64,000 nt of DNA from the IMG/VR virus record IMGVR_UViG_3300048496_000021, positions 31,911 to 95,910 of that record; one strand, given 5' to 3'. This document shows, in pieces, positions 28,112 to 38,481 of the stretch (positions are counted from its first letter, which is position 1; every line of letters begins with the position of its first letter). The translations under genes and the position numbers were made by a program. This stretch comes from a virus (lineage: Duplodnaviria > Caudoviricetes). The notes below the pieces were generated by a model. It saw only the letters and a list, made by a program, of their open reading frames with translations, did no database searches and had not been told where the DNA came from.

Positions 28112-28432
28112 ATGAAATTCGGAAAAAGCGAAAAGATCGATATATTGCGAAAAAATTATCAGTACAGAGGTGATCCAGAAAAATTTGAACCCGGCGATTT
28201 GATTATACAGCGAGATGGGACGTATCTGGGGACCACCGTCCCTGGGGCGAATGAGGTATGTATACTCATTGAATACAGGGAGACAGTCAGCACAGGTAAG
28301 GGTGATCTAGTCAGGGACCAAGACATAATTCTAGGTACTGTTGATAATGAAGGTGATTTCATGATCTTCCCACATGCATCATGGAAGTTTCGCAAGGCAA
28401 CCGACTCAGAAATCAATCCACCTGTAGAGTGA
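28112..28432 (+). CDS. hypothetical protein inside the RNA cluster
   Basis: AAGGAG RBS before ATG 28112. Confidence 0.7.
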   Translation: MKFGKSEKIDILRKNYQYRGDPEKFEPGDLIIQRDGTYLGTTVPGANEVCILIEYRETVSTGKGDLVRDQDIILGTVDNEGDFMIFPHASWKFRKATDSEINPPVE

Positions 28433-28586
28433 CGGTGAAATTCTCGTACTGATTCAAGTTTCGGCGCGGGATGAAGAGGTATGAAATGCGGATTCCAACC
28501 AATGAAGCACAACATTCCTTCGGTGAACGGGAATCAGAATCGCTCTCTGTGGTGGAGAGTAGATCGTGAACGTAATAGCCGTAAAA

Positions 28587-28670
28587 CCCCCGTTAAGCTC
28601 ATGGCAAAAGCCTTCAGGTAGAGCTCCTGACCTCGTTCAGGGTGTGCCAGTTCAAATCTGGCACGGGGGA
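28587..28670 (+). ncRNA. tRNA-like RNA with a 6-nt anticodon loop and D-loop hairpin insert
   Basis: CCCCCGT/ACGGGGG; GCTC..GAGC D stem; CCTGA-CCTCGT-TCAGG; GCCAG-TTCAAAT-CTGGC. Confidence 0.7.
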
Positions 28671-28826
28671 AAGGGTCAATTCATAATATTGTGAATTGTT
28701 CTCCGGTACCGCCGGACCTCCGGTGTAAAATATAGGGTAGGCATCTGAAATGATAGGATGCCGAGAACAGCTTCGGAGGGTTTCGCTCCACAAGGGTGAT
28801 CACGCGCCCGCCGGGGCTTTACTTTA

Positions 28827-28931
28827 GGGGATGTGGTGAAACGTGAGACACGCACAGGATGCTAGATCAAGGTCTTGTGTGCTTATTGGATGCCATCTGA
28901 TAAGTTGCGGGTTCGAATCCCGCCATTCTCA
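28827..28931 (+). ncRNA. tRNA-Leu-like RNA with an extended anticodon arm and long variable arm
   Basis: GGGGATG/CATTCTC-A; GCACAGGAT/GTCTTGTGT stem with 11-nt loop; GCGGG-TTCGAAT-CCCGC. Confidence 0.7.
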
Positions 28932-29009
28932 AAACCGGCTCAATACACCGGTCCCGATGGAAACCAGGACAGGCCCATCGGTATAGAGTTAAAGTTTATT
29001 TTTGTTTTA

Positions 29010-29034
29010 CCGGCCCCTTCGGGGGTCGGATTTT
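29010..29034 (+). terminator. intrinsic terminator closing the RNA cluster
   Basis: CCGGCCCC-TTCG-GGGGTCGG-ATTTT. Confidence 0.7.
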
Positions 29035-29047
29035 ACGGAGGTACTGT

Positions 29048-29332
29048 ATGCCAAGATACGCCAAGATTATAAAGTATAAAATTGCCCGTGACGGATTGAC
29101 GCCACTCACGCTATGCCCGTTTGATATTAGAAATGATCATTTGAGCGCTATACCATATGTTGGATGTGCCGGATGTAGTCGCGATTCACTCGTGACCACA
29201 GGGGGTCATATAGAAAAGTGTGAGCATTTCATATTGCAAGACAGGGCGCAGCAACTCGTATTATGCAAACATCCTGATGTAGGGACAAGTGTCACCATGC
29301 CCCCCCAAGAGCAACCCAAAGGGAGAACATGA
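29048..29332 (+). CDS. Cys-rich hypothetical protein
   Basis: GGAGG RBS; TLCPF..C..C..C.HF pattern similar to 48897-49289. Confidence 0.6.
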   Translation: MPRYAKIIKYKIARDGLTPLTLCPFDIRNDHLSAIPYVGCAGCSRDSLVTTGGHIEKCEHFILQDRAQQLVLCKHPDVGTSVTMPPQEQPKGRT

Positions 29333-29445
29333 ACAGTACGGTATTTGATATAATCGTTATCGCTGCATCTATCATGCTTTACATATTAACCGAAGAGAGC
29401 TGGATAAACGTTCTACACGGGCTACCGTGAACACACATACTGGAA

Positions 29446-29805
29446 GTGACGATGAATACCGAAGAGACAGAATCACTATTAGAATCTCCCCTCACACCAA
29501 TGCAGATATTAATGTATTACTCTATGTATACCCAGCATACAGATCAGGAGATCATTGATCATTTGCGGTCGGTCGGAGCTGTACAGCAACGCCGATACCA
29601 TGTTAGCGCGGGACATTATGATGCATATATTCTGAACTACATTAAGGGGAGCCCAGGGTGCAGGATGTCAGACATATGCAACCAATACAATCAAGACTTT
29701 AATTGCGTTAAGACACAGGGAGTCTCCAATGCGATACGTCGAATGATTGATCAAGACTCTATTCGCTCCAACCACAAGAGATTGTACAGCGCACGAACTT
29801 TATAA
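29446..29805 (+). CDS. winged-HTH-like protein
   Basis: ILNYIK..PG..MSDIC..VSNAIRRM. Confidence 0.45.
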   Translation: MTMNTEETESLLESPLTPMQILMYYSMYTQHTDQEIIDHLRSVGAVQQRRYHVSAGHYDAYILNYIKGSPGCRMSDICNQYNQDFNCVKTQGVSNAIRRMIDQDSIRSNHKRLYSARTL

Positions 29806-29813
29806 AATAATGC

Positions 29814-29900
29814 TTGACACTTGGTGGTTCTGTGGTATTATACATATGCAAATGAAACCTTTTTATTTTCCCGCCTCGGATTTTCGAGGCGGTTTTTTTT
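29814..29900 (+). promoter_or_regulatory. sigma70 promoter followed by a terminator just before the RBS (short RNA or attenuator)
   Basis: TTGACA..TATTAT; CCGCCTCG/CGAGGCGG + T-run. Confidence 0.65.
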
Positions 29901-29911
29901 GGAGAACATAA

Positions 29912-31726
29912 ATGTACAAAGAAGATCAAGCCAAGAGAGCCTTTGAAGATAATGGTGATGAATCATCTCGTGAAATTGTTATTCATGTCCCGCATCCTAT
30001 AGGAGTGATCGATTACGCGACATGCTCCAAGGTTCTCAGCAAAATAGCTCAAATGGTTGACGCAAGCACCCTGCGTCAAGTTGTCAATACTGATATGACC
30101 GAAAATGCAAGACGGTGGATTAATCAAGCAAGAGGGGTTCGTATCAGTGGTGACATGGTGGAGTTTTGTATATTACAGATTTCAGACCACTGTCGCTTGA
30201 ATTCATTTGCAGTAGTTGACGCGAAAGATATGCGTGAGGGCATGTCCGCAGATGAATTTCTTGCCGACCCATCCTTTTCGAAAGTTGACACAGTTCCCCA
30301 TTGTAAACTTGGTAAAGAAGCAGAGTATCAAAGGGCAGTCATTCATCCTGTATTGTGTATACCTATTGATGGTATAGTGGGTACTGACTCATTGAGACTT
30401 GCTGCCGCCCTTGATGAATTGCAAACACTGGGGTACACTATTCCTGACTTTGCAAAGGCAATCAATGAGGATCTGGAAAAAGTGTGGTTGGCTGTGTGTC
30501 AAAATACCAAGAAGGTGTATCTTTACGATAGGGCTTATTATGGTATTTATAGTAAAGTAATACCTCTAAATGATTTTCTCCAAGATGAGTTCTGTAAAAT
30601 AGTATCCAGAGAACGTGACTCCCGTGTTTCAACGGAAAGGGTATCATGGGCAGTAGGTGAGGTTATAGAATGTGCTGAAACCTCTCGCAGTGAGTGGGAA
30701 GAATTCCATAAGGCACAACGAAAAGCATATTTCAGGTCATTTGAAGAACGCCTTCCCCCTGAGCAAGATCGTCGAGACCGAGTATACCGCAAGGCTGCGG
30801 AGATGGGATTAAGTGAGGAGTTTATCGATGAGAAATGGAATGAGTATGTACGTCACCAGTTAGTAGCCTTTCACGTTCGTTATGATACTGGCAACGCTGA
30901 TCACAAACTTTTATTTGTCGAGAATCTCATACGGCAACACCAAGAAAGTCCACGTTTCAAATCCGATGTGCTCGGAGAACCATACCTGTCTTATGACAAC
31001 ACATCTAGGCGCCATAAATTTCTTGTCCCGAAAATGATGGATCCTAAATACAGTGAGGCCATCCGCAGTGATGACCACATGGATCATGCACGAATGTACA
31101 GTGGAATAAATGATTTCTTCGAAAAGACTTCAGATGTGTGGTGGAGTTCCATACAAAAAGCTCATGCAGTACGGTACAATGATCCAGACAGAGATGGGCA
31201 AGTGTTCGCGCCAGGCAGTATCGGCAAACTAAACCTGAAACGTGCGGCTCAAATACCGTCCAGCGCCGCCACATGGTCACGACGTGGACCTTCTCCGCTG
31301 TATGACTATATGCCTTTTCTCCGTCTATCATTATCATGTATAAAATCAAAAGCAGAAACTATCGAACCTAAGCACCTTATGAAGGGAGTCGACGACATAA
31401 AGTATCTGTCATTCCTCAAGGAATGCATGGGTGCAGCACTCGGGTTCACGGTTGCCGAACTCCAAGAAAACGGATTAATTTTAAATAAAAAGGAGAAAAC
31501 CATGCAAGTATTTATGGTCAAAATGGGCATTGCTCAATATTCTAAGGGAGATGGTCCCCGCCAAATAGTGGGGATAGACAAGGCCGAGGAAAAGCGCGTA
31601 CTGGCTAATTCGGTAGCCGCCGCACAAACAAAAGCCGATGTCAATGCGTATGCCCGAGAGAATAAGGTAGACATCGAGGACGTTTACGTTCAGGTTGAAG
31701 TTGAAACCTGGAATCGCGCCGTATAA
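29912..31726 (+). CDS. 604-aa mosaic hypothetical protein (internal RBS + ATG at 31502)
   Basis: long ORF; internal duplicated segments; AAGGAG before M at 31502. Confidence 0.7.
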   Translation: MYKEDQAKRAFEDNGDESSREIVIHVPHPIGVIDYATCSKVLSKIAQMVDASTLRQVVNTDMTENARRWINQARGVRISGDMVEFCILQISDHCRLNSFAVVDAKDMREGMSADEFLADPSFSKVDTVPHCKLGKEAEYQRAVIHPVLCIPIDGIVGTDSLRLAAALDELQTLGYTIPDFAKAINEDLEKVWLAVCQNTKKVYLYDRAYYGIYSKVIPLNDFLQDEFCKIVSRERDSRVSTERVSWAVGEVIECAETSRSEWEEFHKAQRKAYFRSFEERLPPEQDRRDRVYRKAAEMGLSEEFIDEKWNEYVRHQLVAFHVRYDTGNADHKLLFVENLIRQHQESPRFKSDVLGEPYLSYDNTSRRHKFLVPKMMDPKYSEAIRSDDHMDHARMYSGINDFFEKTSDVWWSSIQKAHAVRYNDPDRDGQVFAPGSIGKLNLKRAAQIPSSAATWSRRGPSPLYDYMPFLRLSLSCIKSKAETIEPKHLMKGVDDIKYLSFLKECMGAALGFTVAELQENGLILNKKEKTMQVFMVKMGIAQYSKGDGPRQIVGIDKAEEKRVLANSVAAAQTKADVNAYARENKVDIEDVYVQVEVETWNRAV

Positions 31727-31872
31727 GCTTTATACTAAGCAGTGGCCATGTGCTTTGGGTGCATGGGCATGTTTCAAGAGCTCAAGTAAGCTCAGTCGGT
31801 TACGCCTGCCGATGCTCCATTAAAATCTTTCACGAGGGGATAAGGCGGCCCCTCTTTTTGCAAGGAGGACAG

Positions 31873-32283
31873 ATGAAAAACCCAATTCAATATAAGCCAG
31901 ATGAGTTTATAGAGAACCTTTTTGAAAAAAGCCACTTACGCCGACTATGTGGTAGAACAAAAGAGCTGATTGTTCTGACGCCGCAGATCATCTCTATGAT
32001 CTCCGGGAGTGTGTGGCATGAAATCCAAGAGATGTTTCGATATAAGTCGACAATTCCGGCATCTGCTTTCGTAATATCTATTGTGCATATATTCACAATG
32101 GGGTGTGGCTTGAAAATATTTCCCCATGTTTCATTCTTTGGCGTGATCGGGGTTTTGTTTGTTGTCGGGCATGGTATTATTGATCAGTTTATTGTAAGCC
32201 AAAAAGAGCATGAGCGAACGCAAGAAAAATATTTACGCGCAAGTCATGGCAATACCAAAGGACAAGAGAGAGCCGGTGGGTAA
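31873..32283 (+). CDS. membrane protein
   Basis: AAGGAGG RBS; two TM segments. Confidence 0.6.
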   Translation: MKNPIQYKPDEFIENLFEKSHLRRLCGRTKELIVLTPQIISMISGSVWHEIQEMFRYKSTIPASAFVISIVHIFTMGCGLKIFPHVSFFGVIGVLFVVGHGIIDQFIVSQKEHERTQEKYLRASHGNTKGQERAGG

Positions 32284-32797
32284 AGAGTTGCATGATAGAC
32301 GCATGGGGCATTGCTGTGAGGACATCGGTCTTCCCGCATCACCACACCAACTAGAGGCATCGTATCGATTATGGCAAAATTCCTCATCACGGCCGCGTTC
32401 AAGCGCAGAGTTTCACTCTGGATGCAGTGGTCCACCGCGAGGAAACAATTGGGGTATTATTGACGATATTCATCTTTTATATCCAATGCTAAGATTCACC
32501 CATAAGGACGATCATCATCCAGAGACACCAAAGAAGAAATCCCCATTTCCAATATATCATTATTTCTGTGTTCATCTTAACAAGAAGACACGCCGCTGTG
32601 ATATTTACGCAATTCGCCCACACCTATGTATCACCTATCCGAACCATCGAACATTCTGCATGAATCCGAAGTGTCAATGGAAAGAGGCTGTTGAATTCCG
32701 ACCGGAGAACTACAAGCTCGGATATGGGGTTGTCGAGAAGATTCCACCGAGCGAGAGCGTGCAAGTAAAAGATATGGGAGACCCTGAGTGCAAATAG
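32210..32797 (+). CDS. YkgJ-family cysteine-cluster protein
   Basis: GHCC..CVHL..RCDIYAIRPHLCITYP. Confidence 0.7.
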   Translation: MSERKKNIYAQVMAIPKDKREPVGKELHDRRMGHCCEDIGLPASPHQLEASYRLWQNSSSRPRSSAEFHSGCSGPPRGNNWGIIDDIHLLYPMLRFTHKDDHHPETPKKKSPFPIYHYFCVHLNKKTRRCDIYAIRPHLCITYPNHRTFCMNPKCQWKEAVEFRPENYKLGYGVVEKIPPSESVQVKDMGDPECK

Positions 32798-33306
32798 AGC
32801 TTAGTGTCCAAGAGTACAAGTGCCTGATGGAGTTCTTTGGGATGCTCTCTGAGGCGGTAGTTGAAGAGGCAATGGTAAGTCCTGTAACATATCATCCTTG
32901 GCCGATATTGTATGCCACCAAAGAGGCACAAGAAAAAGCAATTGAATCTGCCAAGATGGATTCCATGGAAGTCAATGCGGTAGTAGACAGACTCTATCGG
33001 CAATATTCATGTACGCACAAGGATAAAAAAGAGAGAGGTATTAACCGATGAGAAAAGAGCTAGTAAGTAATCCGGACCAGGCTCTCGTCTATATGGTAGA
33101 GTGCACCTTAGCAACAGTTGAATACATGGCAGGCTTGAAGTCTAAATCAAAGTCAGAGTATGTACGACAGCAGGGCATAGCAAGGACCGGTATTGACTGG
33201 ATACGACGGTACAATCTAGGTGTTGAGCCAAGTAGCCGAGTAGCGAAAGTATGGTACAGCTTCAATGGGTCAGTGGATCAATGGGCAAGAAGCATGGAAA
33301 AGTGAT

Positions 33307-33723
33307 ATGGAAAGACTGAAGTATCGTACATGGACTCCAATGTTTGAGCAGTTTTGCATGTGGGGCATGATTGAGCCGAATGTATGGACCGGACCACCTG
33401 CTCTGGATGGCAACCATCCGGGGAATCTCTTGGAGTTGACAGACGAGGTGTGTCCATATCGCGGAACCAGATTTGATGGAGAGTCCGGAGATGAAGTCGA
33501 CTTATATGTTGGCGACATAGTTAAGATGCACTATACGCACTTTGGGGGACTTACTGGGACAGTGAAAAAAGAATTTATTGGAGTGCTTGCACTTGGAAGA
33601 TACGGGGTCAGAGTACAGGTCGATGGCACTGCACCCAGAGAGCTCGTGCGTTACAATGAGGAAGGTCTGATACTGCTCGGGAACCATCGAGAGCATAAGA
33701 TTGAAGATTTCATTAAGGGGTAA
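33307..33723 (+). CDS. YopX-family protein
   Basis: LKYRTW..LYVGDIV..LLGNHRE. Confidence 0.7.
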   Translation: MERLKYRTWTPMFEQFCMWGMIEPNVWTGPPALDGNHPGNLLELTDEVCPYRGTRFDGESGDEVDLYVGDIVKMHYTHFGGLTGTVKKEFIGVLALGRYGVRVQVDGTAPRELVRYNEEGLILLGNHREHKIEDFIKG

Positions 33724-34432
33724 CTATGTCAAAAGAATGCGTACTAAAATCAGGCGATAAGTTCTTCCTTCGATTCAAGGATGGTAAACCCATCATGACT
33801 GGAGACTACACGTCGGCAGCCAGGTATAACAATGTGGCGTCCATGAATGATGCCATCACCATGCTTCAGGGGGTCGGTATAAATGCAATCCCGCAGCGGC
33901 TTATGTTGGGCGATGAGGCTGATCCAGAGCAGGAGATATGATGCAAGGGCTTACCAGTAAATACCGGGATAAAGTTGAGGCATTCTTCAGGTGCCGAGAT
34001 GTCGATGAAATAAAAGGCATAGAGGCAAGGTGCTGCTACTGTGAGGACACACTGGGCGTTGTTGTGATAGAGTATGTAATGCGGAATAATAGGGTTTACG
34101 TTTTCCATCTTCCACACAATAGCGGCATGAAAAAGTTGATTCGTGTTGAGAGGGTTGAACCATTCGCGCCACCGCCAAAAGAGAATCAAGAACTTGGAAG
34201 TGAAATCCATGAACATAAGTGGTACATAATCCAGATACAGAGAATGTATGTGAAGCATTATTCACAGAGTGATGTGCATCTAGTTGCCGAGCGAAGCCGC
34301 GCTGTGAAATATGACGAAACGTGCGCCAGAGAAAGCGCGGATCGACTAGCGTCAATAGGGATGGCACCTAGGGTTGTAGAGGTACTGATATAATTTAACT
34401 TTACAATGTCGTTGAATAATAATAATTAAACC

Positions 34433-35917
34433 ATGAATGCCCGACAACTATTCCAGTACAGCACTTACTCCTACACCGCCCTGAAAAAATGTCTACCAGT
34501 TCTCGGGTATGACTGCAAAGAGTACCACGACATAGACTTTGATGCAATATACAGCTTTGGAGAGAGGGGCATGGTGCCGGTCGTTAAGTTGATTGGTGAC
34601 TCTGTAGTCGTAATTATCGAAGATGGTGTTGATAGTTCAAATACCCCATACCTCAAAGCTGTTTCTGGAGATACGGTTCACAAGCTATACGCCGCAGATC
34701 TAAACAATACATCCGCTATCGTTGTATCGGGAATCGCGCATAGCGGACAAAGGGATATTATTTTCGAAAGAGATAAGGTCGTTCCTTTAGGGTATGCAGA
34801 GCACATTATTGAACTACGCCACATTCTCGAAGGGTGCCATATTCCAAAATGGATGGTGCCATCCCTTCCGGTGCTGATATCATTTGGTACATCACTCAAG
34901 GACTCATCCGGAACAGAGGTGCGAGGTGAGTCGCACGGGCCCAATGTAATCATAAGAGACATCAAAGACCCGGTCACCGTACTACTCCATGAGATAGGTC
35001 ATATTTATCATGACACAGTGTTGACGAGCATCGAGCACCAGAAATTATCTACACTATTTATGGGCATCGACCAAGTGTCTCCCAATGGATTATTCCGCAC
35101 TAAATACGAGGCCAGTACAGAGAGGGAGTATTTCTCCACGATTTACATGTGGTATCTCAAGGGTATTATGCTGGCCGAGCAGTACCGGAATATTCTGGGT
35201 CAACTCGACCCCGCTGCGCTTTCGTTCATTGAGGATATATTCGAGAGAGTTCGTTCTTCTATGATCAATAGCTCTGTATACAATGCTATTCGCCCAAACA
35301 TTGAGTCGTTTGTGTTAAATGGACGCATGGAACTCATGAAGGCCAACCGATCCTATAATATGCCAACTAAAATCATCGACCAGGTAAGGCCCACATTTGA
35401 ATACAAGGAGCTTGCCAAGGCCAATAGTCTGGAGTGGATTGTCGCAACCACAGGGGCTCTCAGGGGCAAGGTGCTTGTCCTTAATGATGGATACATCGAC
35501 TTTAAATACATGAAGCGCGATAAATACTATATGGTTCCACGTAAAACCTTCAGACTCACAAAGGCCGGAGGTGAGTATCGGACAATCAAAAAGAATCCAT
35601 ACCTTGACCTTGTTCCGATCGCCATAGGGCAATGGAATAATGAAGGGGAGAGGTTATTGCTAAAGTCGGAGTTCTACGAAGGCGCTGAAGGCGGGCGCGA
35701 TACTATTGGAATAATATACGAACAATCAAAAGGGGATCTCTCCGGTGCATTACTAATGTACGAGGCATTGATCCAAGAAACTGAATGCGCACTCACTAAA
35801 GCGTCGGAAGCGACAATGGCGGAGCGTATAGGTGTTTTATTGCAGCGCCGGCGCATTGTTGAAGCAAAAAATATTTTGAATAAATTACAAAAGGAGTTAA
35901 GTAATGTCAGGAAATAA
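34433..35917 (+). CDS. zincin-like metallopeptidase domain protein
   Basis: VLLHEIGH + YEAS.EREYFS. Confidence 0.65.
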   Translation: MNARQLFQYSTYSYTALKKCLPVLGYDCKEYHDIDFDAIYSFGERGMVPVVKLIGDSVVVIIEDGVDSSNTPYLKAVSGDTVHKLYAADLNNTSAIVVSGIAHSGQRDIIFERDKVVPLGYAEHIIELRHILEGCHIPKWMVPSLPVLISFGTSLKDSSGTEVRGESHGPNVIIRDIKDPVTVLLHEIGHIYHDTVLTSIEHQKLSTLFMGIDQVSPNGLFRTKYEASTEREYFSTIYMWYLKGIMLAEQYRNILGQLDPAALSFIEDIFERVRSSMINSSVYNAIRPNIESFVLNGRMELMKANRSYNMPTKIIDQVRPTFEYKELAKANSLEWIVATTGALRGKVLVLNDGYIDFKYMKRDKYYMVPRKTFRLTKAGGEYRTIKKNPYLDLVPIAIGQWNNEGERLLLKSEFYEGAEGGRDTIGIIYEQSKGDLSGALLMYEALIQETECALTKASEATMAERIGVLLQRRRIVEAKNILNKLQKELSNVRK

Positions 35918-36395
35918 AAAACAAGAAGAGCCCATGGGCGATGAGGGCAAGGATGCGGAGTCTCAGGATGTTCCGAATCAGCCAGAGAGTGTCGATAAAG
36001 ACAAGCCAGATGCATTGAGTGTAGCACAGGAGACATCGGAGAGATTTGACGCTCACACAGAGCAAATGAAAGCCTATACCGAAGTCGTTGACAAGCGCAT
36101 TGAGTCCATGGAAGAACAGATTGGACACATGGCGGATGCCGATGGAGGCGTCTCTCAAGAGTCCATTGTGGAGGCCGTCAAAGAGTATCTTGATGGCACA
36201 AAGACTCCCACAGCTACGCTTTCCACTTTCGACAACTCAGAGGCAATCATCATGGAGTCAGCCACACGCATCCTGATTGAGATCGCCATCCGCACGGGCC
36301 CCGGCAATACCGCCAAAGTGGATATGTCCCCCGAGAGCATCAATCGCGCCGCCAATATGGCAAAACAACTGTACGACGCAGTACAAAGAGCGTAA
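35904..36395 (+). CDS. acidic hypothetical protein
   Basis: AAGGAG RBS. Confidence 0.65.
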   Translation: MSGNKKQEEPMGDEGKDAESQDVPNQPESVDKDKPDALSVAQETSERFDAHTEQMKAYTEVVDKRIESMEEQIGHMADADGGVSQESIVEAVKEYLDGTKTPTATLSTFDNSEAIIMESATRILIEIAIRTGPGNTAKVDMSPESINRAANMAKQLYDAVQRA

Positions 36396-36438
36396 TCTGG
36401 AGCCGGGTTTCGGCCCGGCAACTTTACAAGGAGAACAC

Positions 36439-37017
36439 ATGAAGCAAGATAAGGTTACACCATCCACACAAGAGGAAAGTCAAAGTGTCATTATTGACCA
36501 ATTGAGAATAGAGCTCGCCAAGTCGAAGGATGAACTAAGAAGATACAATTATTTTATATCTTACATACATCATTTTAGATTCCCATCACTGGCGCTATCG
36601 TTCGCGTATTTTCACTGGCGATGGCGCTCGCATCACCCAAGGCAGGAGCAGTATTTATATCCTGGATACCTTAAATTTGGAGTGATTTCAGACGCGAATG
36701 CATTATGTTCAAACGTCAAAAGCCGCGTGGATGATTCTTATGTGTGCGATGAGTGTCTCTTTGTCCACAGATGGAAGCCAGAGTCATTTATTGATCACAA
36801 AAGGATTGTTGATGGTATGTCCAAAAGAACATGGGGAAATGTGCGTCACTGCTCTGCGAGTTATTTTGGTAGAATATCTTTAGAGAACGACCCTGATATT
36901 CTGGCCACATTGTATTTAAAATTATCAGATATGGCTCACGAAGAGCTAAAGAAATATGATCCCGATGGAATGTCACTAAAGGTGGTTGCTGAACTTCTAG
37001 GAGAAAAGATTGCATGA
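36439..37017 (+). CDS. hypothetical protein
   Basis: AAGGAGAACAC-ATG start. Confidence 0.65.
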   Translation: MKQDKVTPSTQEESQSVIIDQLRIELAKSKDELRRYNYFISYIHHFRFPSLALSFAYFHWRWRSHHPRQEQYLYPGYLKFGVISDANALCSNVKSRVDDSYVCDECLFVHRWKPESFIDHKRIVDGMSKRTWGNVRHCSASYFGRISLENDPDILATLYLKLSDMAHEELKKYDPDGMSLKVVAELLGEKIA

Positions 37018-37535
37018 AACTCATGCACAAAAGAGACCTAAAAGGGTTCCATAAAATACCACAGAGACTCAAGAGTAGCAGAGAGCCGAAAGGCGCATGG
37101 AGTATTGTTGTTGCAGCATTCCCAGGAACCGGGAAAACACACTTTGCAGACCAAAATGAGTACACTGCAATCGATTTGGACAGCAGTGGATTTAGTAATA
37201 TAGGATTTCCAATTAATTACGTTGAGCAGATCGAAGAGAGTATCGGCAAGGCAAACTTTATACTGACCAGCACTCATGCTTCAGTCCGAACAGAGTTAAC
37301 TATAAGGAAAATACCATATGCCCTTATCTATCCTGATCACCGACTACGAGACGAGTATTTATACAGATGTCACCAGCGCGGAAGTTCTCTTTCATTTTTA
37401 AGAGAGCTGTCTACAAACTGGTCAAAGTATATTCGGGAATGTGAGAAGCAAAAGGACTGTCTTCCGATATGCTTGAGCCGTGGTCAGTACCTTTCTGATG
37501 CAATTGATTGGATGACGGAGCAACCATTTATATGA
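37014..37535 (+). CDS. P-loop nucleotide kinase-like protein
   Basis: AAFPGTGKT, IDLDSS, FPxNY. Confidence 0.75.
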   Translation: MKLMHKRDLKGFHKIPQRLKSSREPKGAWSIVVAAFPGTGKTHFADQNEYTAIDLDSSGFSNIGFPINYVEQIEESIGKANFILTSTHASVRTELTIRKIPYALIYPDHRLRDEYLYRCHQRGSSLSFLRELSTNWSKYIRECEKQKDCLPICLSRGQYLSDAIDWMTEQPFI

Positions 37536-38481
37536 AACGAAAGCGGACAGAAAAAGAAAGAAAATTTTGCCCACGGTCATGCCAGCACCTCAGTATGACC
37601 GAAGAAGAGCAGAGCCAATACAAAGTGAGTGACGACAAAAGATCTCAAAATAAACACTTATGTATGAAGTTCCAAGTTGCATATCAAACATGGATGACAT
37701 ATAGTCCGATCGATAGGAGCCCTATGAAAAATTGGGTATACACTCACCCTGTACTATTCCATAAGGATGCTCACCCCGAACTATACAGGTGTGAACTTTG
37801 TGACGAACCATGAACCATGAAATCGAACGACTCGTAAAAGAGATGCAGCTCAGGCTCGACTCAGTCAACCGCAATAATTATAAAGTAATTGACGAGACGT
37901 TCGGACGAGATTATCTTTCCATCGAAATACCTCTAGACATATTTAACCCTGACCGGTTCATCGAGATCGGTCAGGAACTTAAACGGCTCCATGATCAATA
38001 TGTTGAACTGAGATCAGAGGAGACCAAGAGAGGGCGCGAGAGTCGGCGCAATGCTGATTTGGCGAACGAGCTTTTCCCGGAGGATTTCGGATAAGGAGAA
38101 CACATGACCAGACAAATTTATCCAGAACACGAGATTATGAAAAAGCACTGTCCCGTAAAAAAGGACATTTCAGAAAAATGCGTTGGTCGCGAATGCGCAC
38201 TTTGGAGTCCACCACGTAATTACGTATACGTCTCCGAGGTTACCACGAGGCTCAAATGGAGAGCTAGACGGAGACTTAAGGGCACAGAAGATGCACCAGT
38301 AGAGTCAGATTTCAACAAGCCATCAGCAGTCACGGGCGACTTTCGATTTGCATCTTTTCACGAATATCCAGCCAATTCGCGCAGGGAGCCCAGAGGAGTA
38401 TGGAAAAATGTAGAGCCTGACATGCATTATGGGTACTGCTCAATGGGTCACGAAGATTTGTCATTATAGGGGATTACTATC

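Noticed and set aside
28827-28931. Amber suppressor tRNA / TAG recoding (CTA in the loop)
   Set aside because: The loop is 11 nt and non-canonical; genes are intact in the standard code and TAG is used as a normal stop.
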